The notes under the pieces: generated by a model
What the model was told of the DNA's origin: nothing
The model's input: the letters and a program-made list of their open reading frames with translations, nothing else
Databases searched by the model: none
Shown here: piece by piece, positions 9,962 to 19,178 of the stretch
How the letters are laid out: each line of letters starts with the position of its first letter
How positions within the stretch are numbered: position 1 is the stretch's first letter
Position numbers and translations under genes: made by a program
Origin: an uncultured virus (IMG/VR IMGVR_UViG_3300018417_002450)
Taxonomy: Duplodnaviria > Heunggongvirae > Uroviricota > Caudoviricetes
IMG/VR virus record: IMGVR_UViG_3300018417_002450
DNA length: 64,000 nucleotides
Direction: 5' to 3' (one strand)

Positions 9962-10813
9962 TTATTCGAACATTTTAGCTTGAGTAGCAGGTCCAACGAT
10001 ACCGTCTGCAACTAAGCCATTTAGTTTTTGCCATTTTTTAACTGCAACTAATGTACCTGGACCAAAGTCTCCATCTGCTCCTACACCAATTGCTTTTTGC
10101 ATTTTCTTAACGTCATCACCTTTCATACCTTTTCGTAAAGTACGTACTGCAGATGAAGATGCTTTAGGAGTAGGTGCAGGCACTTTACCACCAAGAATAG
10201 CAAGAGCTTCTTCCCAACGGCGGTTACGATCATCTAATCCAATTGTACCACCATTAATCTTCTTTGTCAACCCTACATTGTCACCTTTATCGGCCCATTT
10301 GTCGAGTTTATTTGTTTTCCAAAACCAGCATGCAGATTCAATAGCACCTTTTGGTGTAGCTACGTATTCTGCTGCTTCTTCTGCTGACATTCCGACTGTT
10401 TTGCCAAACGCTGTATAATTGTTTCGGCCAGTAAGTTGCTTGATCCCCCGGCCACGAAACCGCCACCCATCGCCGTCGTTAACGTTACCCATTGCTCCTC
10501 GCTTAGATCGGAACTCATCTTGGTAAACATAGTTTGCAATTTTTTCAGGTTTACGCGCATAATCTGCAGCATCTCTTTTTCCTTTTCCGAAATAACGACC
10601 AAACACTGCGTTCAATGCTTTTTCGCTATAGTTAAGGTTTTCCTCTAAACGAGTAAAGTCCAATGATTCGTGAGCGCATTGCGCCATGAAACCAGCAATA
10701 CGATTTGATGTATTAATATCATATGCTTCAAACATTTCAGTTGCAGCTTTGTACCATGATTCAGGATCTTTATTTTTTGGAATCATCGCACTAAATTGTT
10801 CTAATGTAATCAT
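9962..10813 (-). CDS. endolysin: GH19 domain plus C-terminal peptidoglycan-binding domain
   Basis: FMAQCAHES, EENLNYS, FRGRGIKQLTGRNNY, INGG; LRKGMKGDDVKKMQ...DGIVGPAT. Confidence 0.92.
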   Translation of the reverse strand: MITLEQFSAMIPKNKDPESWYKAATEMFEAYDINTSNRIAGFMAQCAHESLDFTRLEENLNYSEKALNAVFGRYFGKGKRDAADYARKPEKIANYVYQDEFRSKRGAMGNVNDGDGWRFRGRGIKQLTGRNNYTAFGKTVGMSAEEAAEYVATPKGAIESACWFWKTNKLDKWADKGDNVGLTKKINGGTIGLDDRNRRWEEALAILGGKVPAPTPKASSSAVRTLRKGMKGDDVKKMQKAIGVGADGDFGPGTLVAVKKWQKLNGLVADGIVGPATQAKMFE

Positions 10814-12003
10814 AGTTTATCTCCTAACATATCTCTAAGCTTCTTCTTTTTAGATTTATTTCCTGAAGTCCATTTCTTTTGAGCAGCTTTTGACATGTGG
10901 CCACCATCCATTCCAGCTATATTCCCGTCACCCACGTTATTTGCTGGAGTTTCTTGCAGTTTATCCATAATCCATGCCTTAGCATTGGCTTTACCATATT
11001 CGGTAGTTTCCCATTCCCAATTATTTCTGCGCTTATCCCAGACCATTACTTTCCACTCACCTTTATGGCGTTCATTATGGTCTAGTGCTTTTTCAATTTG
11101 ATATTTCTTTCCACCAATAGTAGCTTGAATCTCACCGTTAGGACCAGCGCGCTTCCATCGTGGTGCTGCAGCTTCTTCTAATTCTTCTTTTGGTACACAG
11201 TTTGGCACTAGCTTGTTACCTTTCTTCTTCATACCTACTTGTTTATGAGTATCCCAGCAAGGTCCATCTTCTTTCATATTTTGTAATTGAGTGCGAAGCT
11301 TAATATTACCTTGCATATCAAGACCTGGATGATGCTGCTTGATTTTTTTAGATAAAGTATTCGCAGTTCTTGTAACAGCTCTTTTAGTATAAGTCGTACC
11401 GTAGTCTCCATCCCTGTGCTCAGCATTTCGAGAATTCTTATAAGCTTTTACTACATCTGGATGGATTTCTTCATCCATAGCATCGAGCTTTGCAGCAACA
11501 GCCATCTGACGGCGTTTTGCTTTTGATTTGCCTTTGAATTGAGGAGCATCTGAGTCATAGAAATCTTTAATCCATGTACCCATATCATCAGATTTTTTTA
11601 ACTTTTCTGATAAAAAACCGTTGACACGGTCGTCTAATGTGGTATAATTGAGGTATGCCTCAGAAAATAAAGACAAAGACTTTTCTAAATCATCTTCATC
11701 TATATCTTCGGTAATAAGAGATTCTTCGGTAAAAGCTTTATGCTCTTTAATTAAGAATAAAGCAGCCGCATATGAAGCCAGTCTAGTACTACCGCCTGGA
11801 AGCTTTGCTAGAATTCTTTTCATATTTCTAACCATAACATCAAAAACTCCAAAAGCTTTTTTCTGTTTGGAGTCACGATCTTTTTTCTTGATTAGAATAT
11901 TACCTTTATCGTCAATAACGCCTTCTTTGTAAGCATCCCACTTATTAAAAGGGGTCGCTAATCTACGGATAAATTGGTATACTAAAAATAAATCAACGAC
12001 CAT
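10810..12003 (-). CDS. conserved T4-like virion (probable internal head) protein
   Basis: DLFLVYQFIRRLATPFNKWDAYKEGVIDDKG N-domain; modules joined at (L/I/M)xE sites. Confidence 0.7.
   Translation of the reverse strand: MVVDLFLVYQFIRRLATPFNKWDAYKEGVIDDKGNILIKKKDRDSKQKKAFGVFDVMVRNMKRILAKLPGGSTRLASYAAALFLIKEHKAFTEESLITEDIDEDDLEKSLSLFSEAYLNYTTLDDRVNGFLSEKLKKSDDMGTWIKDFYDSDAPQFKGKSKAKRRQMAVAAKLDAMDEEIHPDVVKAYKNSRNAEHRDGDYGTTYTKRAVTRTANTLSKKIKQHHPGLDMQGNIKLRTQLQNMKEDGPCWDTHKQVGMKKKGNKLVPNCVPKEELEEAAAPRWKRAGPNGEIQATIGGKKYQIEKALDHNERHKGEWKVMVWDKRRNNWEWETTEYGKANAKAWIMDKLQETPANNVGDGNIAGMDGGHMSKAAQKKWTSGNKSKKKKLRDMLGDKL
11621..11648 (+). promoter_or_regulatory. antisense sigma70-type promoter inside virion gene
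   Basis: TTGACA-N16-TATAAT with extended TG and an upstream A tract. Confidence 0.55.
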
Positions 12004-12006
12004 TGG

Positions 12007-12381
12007 TCAGATTCCTTTAAGCTTCTCAGATATAAAAGCATCTGATTTAATATTACTTTTGTGTAAAACCACGTCTTCGTACAAGATGAATTCAGGCATG
12101 AAGTTCAAATATTCAACAAATGGCTTAAGGTACTCATGATACTCGTGCAAACGCATGAATAACATGTTTGTAGCTTCAGGCCCAAAAACATTGTATATGA
12201 TAATCAAGTGGTTAAGAATCAACCTCTCTTTTAAATCATCGTCTTGTCTATATCTTCCAAACAACTTTCTTAAATATTGAAATCGCTTTAAGTCTTCCTC
12301 AAATTCTGAAATGTCAGAGCATTGAGGATTTTCGTAATGTTTAGAAGCATATAACAGAAAGGTTGATTCTGCTAATCTCAT
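12007..12381 (-). CDS. conserved T4-like hypothetical protein
   Basis: FLLYASKHYENPQC...FEEDLKRF...ERLILNH pattern familiar from marine T4-like phages. Confidence 0.75.
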   Translation of the reverse strand: MRLAESTFLLYASKHYENPQCSDISEFEEDLKRFQYLRKLFGRYRQDDDLKERLILNHLIIIYNVFGPEATNMLFMRLHEYHEYLKPFVEYLNFMPEFILYEDVVLHKSNIKSDAFISEKLKGI

Positions 12382-12397
12382 AATATATTAACCGTTA

Positions 12398-12700
12398 TTA
12401 ACTGTCTGCTGCGATGGCGTCTTCGTCAGCTGTATCACCTGTTACACCCAAGTCGCCAGCATCAGCTGCAGATACCTTCATAGGTACTAAGCATTCTGCA
12501 TAATGACGGCCACCTGATGTATGATACAACCACCAGCCTGGACCAGTCAAGCCTTTTGCACGGTTAGATGCAATACCTGCTTCTGTCAAGTCGATGAAGA
12601 TCGCGTTATCGCGGTCATTTGATTTATTTGTGTTATTTGCATCGTCTTCTAACCATTTTGGTACTGAAGCTAATGCGTCTGTTTTTCCCCAAAGTGCCAT
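12398..12700 (-). CDS. putative virion structural protein
   Basis: MALWGKTD N-terminus, GPGWW; strong RBS. Confidence 0.65.
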   Translation of the reverse strand: MALWGKTDALASVPKWLEDDANNTNKSNDRDNAIFIDLTEAGIASNRAKGLTGPGWWLYHTSGGRHYAECLVPMKVSAADAGDLGVTGDTADEDAIAADS

Positions 12701-12743
12701 TTGTTTTTCTCCTTGATAGGGTTTTTATTATTATAGTTATTTA

Positions 12744-13511
12744 TTACGAGCTACGCGCAGCCTTTTTAGCATCTCTCAGTCTTTGTTGAGCTTTTTGAAT
12801 GCGTTCACGGTCTTTGTTTTTCTTTTCTAAAGCGTTTGCTTTCTTTTCAGCAGCATCAGCTCTTCCAGCAACAGTCGTTCTATTAGCTGCTTTTTTAGCC
12901 ATACGACCAGCTCCTACAACTGCTTTTGCCCCAAGTTTAAATGCACCGCCAACTGCTTTACCAATAATTTCATTGATTTCTTCTTCGGTTAACTCAGCAA
13001 GTTGATCTGCATTTACGTTTTCACTTAAAGCATATTGACGTAGAATCTCAGCAATATCTGCTTCTGTAAGTTCTACTTCTTCACGGATTTTAACTTTAAA
13101 CATTTTTTCAACTGTTTGTTTACCCATAGTCTTAGCAAGATTAGTGATTAACCATTCACGTGGTTCTGTATCAAGATCGTCTACAAACTTAATGAAGTTT
13201 GAACCCGCGTTACCAGATGATAGCATCTTTGCTGCTTTCATAAAGTCTGCTTTATCAATGCCACCATGCTTTTTTGCATATGCTTCGATACTTGCAGCTG
13301 CCTTTTTCATTTGAGGCGTTGCGGCTTCATCTAGTTCTACTTTTTCTTTTTTAAGACCACCCATCATATTCTTATATACAGATTTCTTTGCTGATTTATG
13401 ATCCATACTTGGGCGATTTTTCCCAGCATTTTCTTTCTTTTTGTCGGCATCGATTTCTGCTTGAGTTGGCTTGCGATATGCTTCTTCAATATGGTTTTTA
13501 AAGCTTTTCAT
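12744..13511 (-). CDS. putative internal head protein
   Basis: CTS-like MKSFKNHIEE; VELDEA and VELTEA sites; Lys/Ala-rich. Confidence 0.65.
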   Translation of the reverse strand: MKSFKNHIEEAYRKPTQAEIDADKKKENAGKNRPSMDHKSAKKSVYKNMMGGLKKEKVELDEAATPQMKKAAASIEAYAKKHGGIDKADFMKAAKMLSSGNAGSNFIKFVDDLDTEPREWLITNLAKTMGKQTVEKMFKVKIREEVELTEADIAEILRQYALSENVNADQLAELTEEEINEIIGKAVGGAFKLGAKAVVGAGRMAKKAANRTTVAGRADAAEKKANALEKKNKDRERIQKAQQRLRDAKKAARSS

Positions 13512-13548
13512 TAGATTACCCGTTTTTTGTTTATTTCTATTTATTAAA

Positions 13549-13905
13549 TTAACTATCTACTTTAGCACCGGCGCGCCACTGATAGCAAGACCAATACTTA
13601 GCTTTCCATTTAGGACCCGGATTATCGCAACCGTGACGAGCTCTAAAAGATGCACGACGCTTTGGATCGTCTCTTTTAATTTCCATATTTGGATCGCCAA
13701 AACGAACTACAACAACATTGCCTTTTTCGTTCTTTACATAAACTTTAAACTTTTTACCAGATACTTCAGATGTACGAATAGGATCGTTAAGTTTAACTTT
13801 TTTACCTTCGTATTCAGCTGCTTCAACAACTAGATCTTCGTATAAATTACATTCTTCGCAAATGGCATCAATACGATTTTCTGTATATGTACTAAATTTA
13901 TCCAC
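13549..13905 (-). CDS. putative internal head protein (DUF6321-like)
   Basis: KKFKVYVKN...RFGDPNM...RRASFRARHGC...KYWSC. Confidence 0.7.
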   Translation of the reverse strand: MDKFSTYTENRIDAICEECNLYEDLVVEAAEYEGKKVKLNDPIRTSEVSGKKFKVYVKNEKGNVVVVRFGDPNMEIKRDDPKRRASFRARHGCDNPGPKWKAKYWSCYQWRAGAKVDS

Positions 13906-14350
13906 CGAACTCGTGCCCCGCTACTCTTTTCATTTGCTTGTTAAACTCAGCCTGTGATGGTTTTTCTTTATAAAGCTTAATAGAAATCTCAGGACGATCT
14001 TTACCTTTAATGCGCCAGTTATGACCTTTTTCTTTATGCTCAGGTTTAGTTGTCTTTACGACACGGCGCTTATAACCTGCTTCCCAAGTCTCAGAACCTT
14101 CATCAACTTGCCCTGTTTCTTTTTCTTGAGATTTCATATAGTCACGAGCAGTATCAATGTAATCAGTCGCCTTTGTAATCTTACCTTGAACCCACTCAGG
14201 CATGTTCTCATCATCTTCAAGCATATCATGTAATGCTTGAGCTGCATCGATCATTGTACGTAGCTGAGTCTTAGCCATGCTACCCTCGTAATCGTACTCG
14301 CCTTTGTCTTTTTCTTGTAGTACTTCTACAAAATCTCTAAAGTTTTTCAT
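13898..14350 (-). CDS. putative internal head protein
   Basis: CTS-like MKNFRDFVE; EYDYEGSMAKTQL...PEWVQGKIT. Confidence 0.65.
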   Translation of the reverse strand: MKNFRDFVEVLQEKDKGEYDYEGSMAKTQLRTMIDAAQALHDMLEDDENMPEWVQGKITKATDYIDTARDYMKSQEKETGQVDEGSETWEAGYKRRVVKTTKPEHKEKGHNWRIKGKDRPEISIKLYKEKPSQAEFNKQMKRVAGHEFGG

Positions 14351-14640
14351 TTCATTAGCTTCTCTATTGTTTTTAACGCCTTTTTACCATCAGGATGGTT
14401 TGGATTAATACTTACCTCATCCCCATTTACGAAGTCAGATATATTAGCAGACTTCCCTAAAGCAGCAATTGCTTTATGTAACGGATCTTTTGGATCGTAT
14501 TTTTTTTCGAAACCAGGTTTACCTCTCAGTTCAACCCACTTCTTATCACCTTTATTCCACATCTTAAGCACATCTTGATCCTTACCACGAATCAATTTAA
14601 GCTTAATACCTTCTGCAATGTATTGCTTTAGTCCGAGCAT
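14347..14640 (-). CDS. putative internal head protein
   Basis: CTS-like MLGLKQYIAE. Confidence 0.6.
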   Translation of the reverse strand: MLGLKQYIAEGIKLKLIRGKDQDVLKMWNKGDKKWVELRGKPGFEKKYDPKDPLHKAIAALGKSANISDFVNGDEVSINPNHPDGKKALKTIEKLMK

Positions 14641-16751
14641 GGTGTGTCTTTTTTATACTTCTTTACTAGCTTATCAGTACCTTCTTCACCTGCACCAGAT
14701 TCTTCTTTACGCATATCCTTTAGTTTTTTCTTTGGTTTTCTTTTATTATCAGACATGGCCATATCGTTTGACTTTTGTTGCATATCTCTAAGTCTATCCA
14801 TTGTAGAACGACCACGCTTTGCTTCATCAAGTTCGACTTCTTCTTTTTTCATACCTGATAATTTCATACGATCACTATAATGTTTAGCTCTATCCATGCT
14901 ACGCTTCAGACCCATTTTATGAAGTTTATCAGTTGCTTTATTTCTATCAATTTCTGTGTTTGCAGTAGCAGTACGTGCTTTATTTCTAGCTTGCTTTTCT
15001 TTTTCACGTCTTAGATCATTAGCTAAATCCTCATCAAGCTCAACTTCTTCTTTCCTTACTTTAGCAGCTAGGTCAGAATCAGCTTTACCCCAAGTACCAG
15101 ATGATTTAGTTACAAATGAGTTAACACGAGCATGGCCCCATTGTTCTGGAGTTGTACCAGGACGATGACCTGATTTCCAAGCTGCTACACCGCGATTATA
15201 AACTTTACGAAGAATACCCATTGGCATACCAGTCTTATCAGCTTTTTTCTTTAATGATGCTGTTGGATCTTCATTAAGATCTAATGCATAATCTTCAGTT
15301 GATTCCATTAAATCGCTTAAATCAAACTCTTCGTTTTTAGGTTTATACATCTTAAAACGCTTGTCGAATTTAACTTTACCGTTTTGATCCATTAACATAT
15401 GAGGACGTTTCTTTAGAGTATATTTTCCCCATAGATTTTCGTTTAAGTTATTTCCATCACACATGCAAGGTTCTGCATGGCAGTTACCGCATACCCAGTC
15501 TTCAGATTCACCGTACATTTGCTTGTATTTCTTAGTATGCTTAGAAACCTTAGTCTTTACGCGCTTACCGTCTTTAAAGTCGCCAGGAGCTGGTTTGTAG
15601 TTGGAATCTTTATCTGGTCCGTCACCTGGCTTTTCAGCGTTTCTTTTAAAGTGAGCTTCACGGTCGTCCTTCTTATCTTTTGGAACACCTTTATAATAAT
15701 CTTCCATGAACATTTCAAAACGCGAATTAAAATCAAAGCTTTCTTTTTTACCAGCTACAGCACGCTTACGATCTCTTTCGGCTTTTTTAATTTTTGGAAG
15801 TAGTTTTCTTTCTAGTGAAGCTAAACGATTTTTACTTACTTTTTCAATGCGCTTATCGATTTGCATCTTTTCGCCATCGCCCAACTCAGCATAACGACGA
15901 TTTTTAGCAAACTTATCTTTAAGCATTTTGCGAGCAGCTTTCTTAGCACGCTTTTTAAGAGTTTCAAGATTTGCCATACGACGCTTTGCTCGGTCTCTGC
16001 CAATCTTCATTTTATGACGATTCTTTTTCATTCTTAAACCAAGTTTACGGCGCTGTTGGCGATCCAAAACTCTTTCTTCTAATGGTTCCATATCGTCAAT
16101 GTGAATTTCTTCTGATTCTGACATATTCATACCTTTTCTTACAGAGTCGTAAACATCTTTTGCTGAGCTTTGAAGCTTACGTGGCAACCCTTTTTTAAAC
16201 GAATTAAAGTCACCGTCTGCTGCAGCTGCTCTCATTTTAGAAGCTGACATACCTGACACATCATCTGCATCAGGGTCTCTATCTCCAGCTGAGACTACTT
16301 TAATTTCATCAAATTTATAATCTTTACCGTTATATCTTTGAAGCAAATCATTAAATTCTTTTACTCTATCTGAACCAGCAACCAATACAACTTTATTAAA
16401 TCTTTTTTCTAATTGAACCATTAATTGAATAATAGTTTTAGCAGTAGATTTTTTTACTACTTGTCCAAAAGATTTTTGAGCTAATTTAATTTTATCATCA
16501 TACGATAATGGATTCTTTTTCTTATCGTATGAATGAGTAAGAAAGATGTGTGGCATTCCTCTTTCTGATTTTGCAACCGAAGCTACCTTTGCAACAAGCT
16601 TTTCATGGCCAACAGTCATAGGATTCATTCTACCCCATGCTACTACTGCGGTTCCTCTTGCTGCTTCATCTAATGTTGGTTCTGTATTGATATATTTAGA
16701 TGAGTCGTGTTCTTTGTCACTGACTTTCTTTTTCTTTTCTGGCTTAGCCAT
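14628..16751 (-). CDS. HxGH-type (cytidylyltransferase-like) nucleotidyltransferase fused to basic modules
   Basis: WGRMNPMTVGHEKL, KNPLSY, VAGSDRV, RDPDADDVSGMSASKMR; C-terminal VYNRGVAAW...QWGHARVNSF; EEVELDE twice. Confidence 0.8.
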   Translation of the reverse strand: MAKPEKKKKVSDKEHDSSKYINTEPTLDEAARGTAVVAWGRMNPMTVGHEKLVAKVASVAKSERGMPHIFLTHSYDKKKNPLSYDDKIKLAQKSFGQVVKKSTAKTIIQLMVQLEKRFNKVVLVAGSDRVKEFNDLLQRYNGKDYKFDEIKVVSAGDRDPDADDVSGMSASKMRAAAADGDFNSFKKGLPRKLQSSAKDVYDSVRKGMNMSESEEIHIDDMEPLEERVLDRQQRRKLGLRMKKNRHKMKIGRDRAKRRMANLETLKKRAKKAARKMLKDKFAKNRRYAELGDGEKMQIDKRIEKVSKNRLASLERKLLPKIKKAERDRKRAVAGKKESFDFNSRFEMFMEDYYKGVPKDKKDDREAHFKRNAEKPGDGPDKDSNYKPAPGDFKDGKRVKTKVSKHTKKYKQMYGESEDWVCGNCHAEPCMCDGNNLNENLWGKYTLKKRPHMLMDQNGKVKFDKRFKMYKPKNEEFDLSDLMESTEDYALDLNEDPTASLKKKADKTGMPMGILRKVYNRGVAAWKSGHRPGTTPEQWGHARVNSFVTKSSGTWGKADSDLAAKVRKEEVELDEDLANDLRREKEKQARNKARTATANTEIDRNKATDKLHKMGLKRSMDRAKHYSDRMKLSGMKKEEVELDEAKRGRSTMDRLRDMQQKSNDMAMSDNKRKPKKKLKDMRKEESGAGEEGTDKLVKKYKKDTPCSD

Positions 16752-16789
16752 TGATTAGATTCCTAGATTAATACGTATACACTATTGCT

Positions 16790-17488
16790 TTATTTATAAT
16801 TTTCTTGAAAAGAAGGTATAAAATTATAATTTCTGTGAGCTGATCCACCCCATATTGTTGACTTTCTAAGCCATCCCATAGCAGGTGTTGGAGACATAAT
16901 TGCTAATGGTACTTGAGTTCTTCTTTGTCGATAAATGAAATAATCATTATCAATTGCAGAATGAATACCTATTTGTTCCATTTCTTTAATTAAAAATTGA
17001 GCAGTACTTTTCGTCATTGCATATGCATGGGCGCCTTCATGGCCAGCAAGATTATAGTATTCTTTTGGAGGTCCTGCCTTTATATGATTGTAGCGAGAAG
17101 GATCTGTAAGCTTATATCCTAATACGACTATTCTATCATTTGGAATATCAATATCAACTGGCTGCAACATAATTGCATCATGTTCTAATACACACGCTGC
17201 TTCGTCTGTGCCTTCTGCTATTTTTTTCCAAATTGTATAATGACCTGCAGAGCAACACATTGCTTTGTGACCCGATGACGGATTAGCCAAAGGCTCATGA
17301 GGTGAGTTTGCAAATTGTGTTTGAATTCCAGTTTTTGCTAATGCCGACGCACCAGTTTGATTTTGATAACCCATAAAGTATTCAAAAGGTAATTCTACCT
17401 TTGTACAAGACTCAGCACAAACTTGAGCATACTCGTGTGATACTGGATCATCAATTTTGAGAATATAAGCTTTAGTTATTTTTGCCAT
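16790..17488 (-). CDS. glycosyltransferase family 25-like
   Basis: CCSAGHYTIWKKI...CVLEHDA, GAHAYAM. Confidence 0.7.
   Translation of the reverse strand: MAKITKAYILKIDDPVSHEYAQVCAESCTKVELPFEYFMGYQNQTGASALAKTGIQTQFANSPHEPLANPSSGHKAMCCSAGHYTIWKKIAEGTDEAACVLEHDAIMLQPVDIDIPNDRIVVLGYKLTDPSRYNHIKAGPPKEYYNLAGHEGAHAYAMTKSTAQFLIKEMEQIGIHSAIDNDYFIYRQRRTQVPLAIMSPTPAMGWLRKSTIWGGSAHRNYNFIPSFQENYK
16791..16798 (-). promoter_or_regulatory. T4 late promoter TATAAATA
   Basis: Exact motif 40 nt upstream of the 16751 start. Confidence 0.65.
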
Positions 17489-18144
17489 TATTCATATCTT
17501 TTACTATAAAAATGACCAGTTGAACCCCAGTAATGGTCTGCATAAACCTTATCAGGGCCATCATATCTTTTACATTCTCTTAAATAAAATTGAGGAATAA
17601 AATAATGTGATGGCCAAATATGAAGAGATTCTTGCCATGTTGGAACATGTTGAGCAAGAAATGCATTTCCTGTAGATCTAAAAGGCTCAGGATGCAATTG
17701 TTCTGGCGTTAACTTACTTAATTCATTTACCAAATGCTGTAAAAATTTATTACCGGGATTTGCAGCCATAATGGGCTGTACGTTGTTTCCGCGGTATAAC
17801 TCATTTTCGAAACAAGTGTATGCATGACATGCAGGAGCATTGAATAGTTCCTCCGTATTTTCTAAACAAACCATATCTGCTTCAGGCCAGAATCCACCTT
17901 GTTCCAATATTAATTCATATCGAATTAAATCAGATACTCCTTGAAATCTTCCTGTATTATAATAACGTTCAATAAGACGGGCGTTTTTCCAATTACGATT
18001 TCTTAACATTTCATCTGTGAAAATAGAATATTCCCAATCAGGATGTTTGTCCCGCCAAGTATGCATCCATTCTAATGGAGCCTTTTTTGGACCAACCCAA
18101 ATTTGAGTTATCTTTTTTTCAATGTTCATTTTTGGATCCACCAA
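17488..18144 (-). CDS. glycosyltransferase family 32 (OCH1-like)
   Basis: KKITQIWVG, SDLIRYELILEQGGFWPEADM, YADHYWGS. Confidence 0.78.
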   Translation of the reverse strand: MVDPKMNIEKKITQIWVGPKKAPLEWMHTWRDKHPDWEYSIFTDEMLRNRNWKNARLIERYYNTGRFQGVSDLIRYELILEQGGFWPEADMVCLENTEELFNAPACHAYTCFENELYRGNNVQPIMAANPGNKFLQHLVNELSKLTPEQLHPEPFRSTGNAFLAQHVPTWQESLHIWPSHYFIPQFYLRECKRYDGPDKVYADHYWGSTGHFYSKRYE

Positions 18145-18689
18145 ATGAAATCTTCTTCAACATTCCAAGAGTTTGGTCCATAGAATTCTGTTACTGCTTT
18201 TTGGACGGTTGGGAAATGAATATCATGGCCGAACACAATTCCGCCTTCTTTTACTTTACCTTCCCAAGCTTGGATATCTCTTAAACATCCTTCGTAGCCA
18301 TGATCAGCGTCTATGAATACAAAATCTAAAGATCCATCTTCTACTTCATTACACGCATTTGTAGTGAAATCTTTAATTACAGTTGTGCGGTCTGGATAAC
18401 TCTCGCAAAACCGAAGTAACTCTTTATAATGTTGATTGTGATCCCATGCCCAACCATTTTCGCCGGGTGTCCATTTTTCGGGTCCGGTACTCATAGGTTG
18501 AGATTCATATAAATCTACGCCAATTAAATGTAGATTAGGGCAATTTTCTACTAGGTATTTAAAACAAACACCGGTATGAACGCCAAGCTCTGCTCCCTTT
18601 GTCCAGCCGTTAGAATTTACAAATTGAGCTAAGGTTTGCCATCTATAAGTATTACCACCATCGTGGCCTCTATCACGTATTCTTCCCAT
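18126..18689 (-). CDS. class I SAM-dependent methyltransferase (Methyltransf_24-like)
   Basis: GAELGVHTG, GVD, LDFVFIDADHGYEG, GGIVFGHD. Confidence 0.82.
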   Translation of the reverse strand: MGRIRDRGHDGGNTYRWQTLAQFVNSNGWTKGAELGVHTGVCFKYLVENCPNLHLIGVDLYESQPMSTGPEKWTPGENGWAWDHNQHYKELLRFCESYPDRTTVIKDFTTNACNEVEDGSLDFVFIDADHGYEGCLRDIQAWEGKVKEGGIVFGHDIHFPTVQKAVTEFYGPNSWNVEEDFIWWIQK

Positions 18690-18702
18690 AATTTAATCTC
18701 CA

Positions 18703-18737
18703 TAAAAAATAAAGGGTAAGCTTCATGCTTACCCTTG
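18703..18737 (-). terminator. terminator-like hairpin after the atpE-like operon
   Basis: AAGGGTAAGC-ATGAA-GCTTACCCTT then TATTTTTT; TATAAATA at 18738-18745 abuts it. Confidence 0.65.
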
Positions 18738-18740
18738 TAT

Positions 18741-18953
18741 TTATATCACTTTACAGTCGAATGTTGACTTATCTAATTTGACTGGAACTCCGCCTGCCTC
18801 AATGCAAGCTTCGGCCCAAGTAGGTTGTTTAAACTCTTGAATTACTGCAAAAAATCCAAATGCAATACATACTACGGTTAAAAGTGTCATTACAAAGAAA
18901 GAGTAGAAACCAACCTTATCGACTATCTCAGCCGAAGGTGTTGTTGGTCCCAT
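18741..18953 (-). CDS. small membrane protein
   Basis: Single TM helix, CIEAGG...C. Confidence 0.6.
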   Translation of the reverse strand: MGPTTPSAEIVDKVGFYSFFVMTLLTVVCIAFGFFAVIQEFKQPTWAEACIEAGGVPVKLDKSTFDCKVI

Positions 18954-19178
18954 TTAGACAACGGCAAACATTAGTAAAAGCGCTACGAGAAATGCGAAGA
19001 TTCCTAATGCTTCAGCAAACGCGATACCAACAAACATTGTACCTGTATCTGGTTTCTTAGGCATTACTTTGAGTACACTACCAACAATCATTCCTACTCC
19101 GATGGCAGCGCCACCCATTCCGAATGTTGCTAGTCCTGCGCCAATTAAGGCGCCCATTGTTGCAATATCACCGGTCAT
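18954..19178 (-). CDS. atpE: F0 ATP synthase subunit c homolog with divergent loop
   Basis: [18 protein letters not shown] and [23 protein letters not shown] (carrier Glu kept); no R(N/Q)P. Confidence 0.88.
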   Translation of the reverse strand: MTGDIATMGALIGAGLATFGMGGAAIGVGMIVGSVLKVMPKKPDTGTMFVGIAFAEALGIFAFLVALLLMFAVV

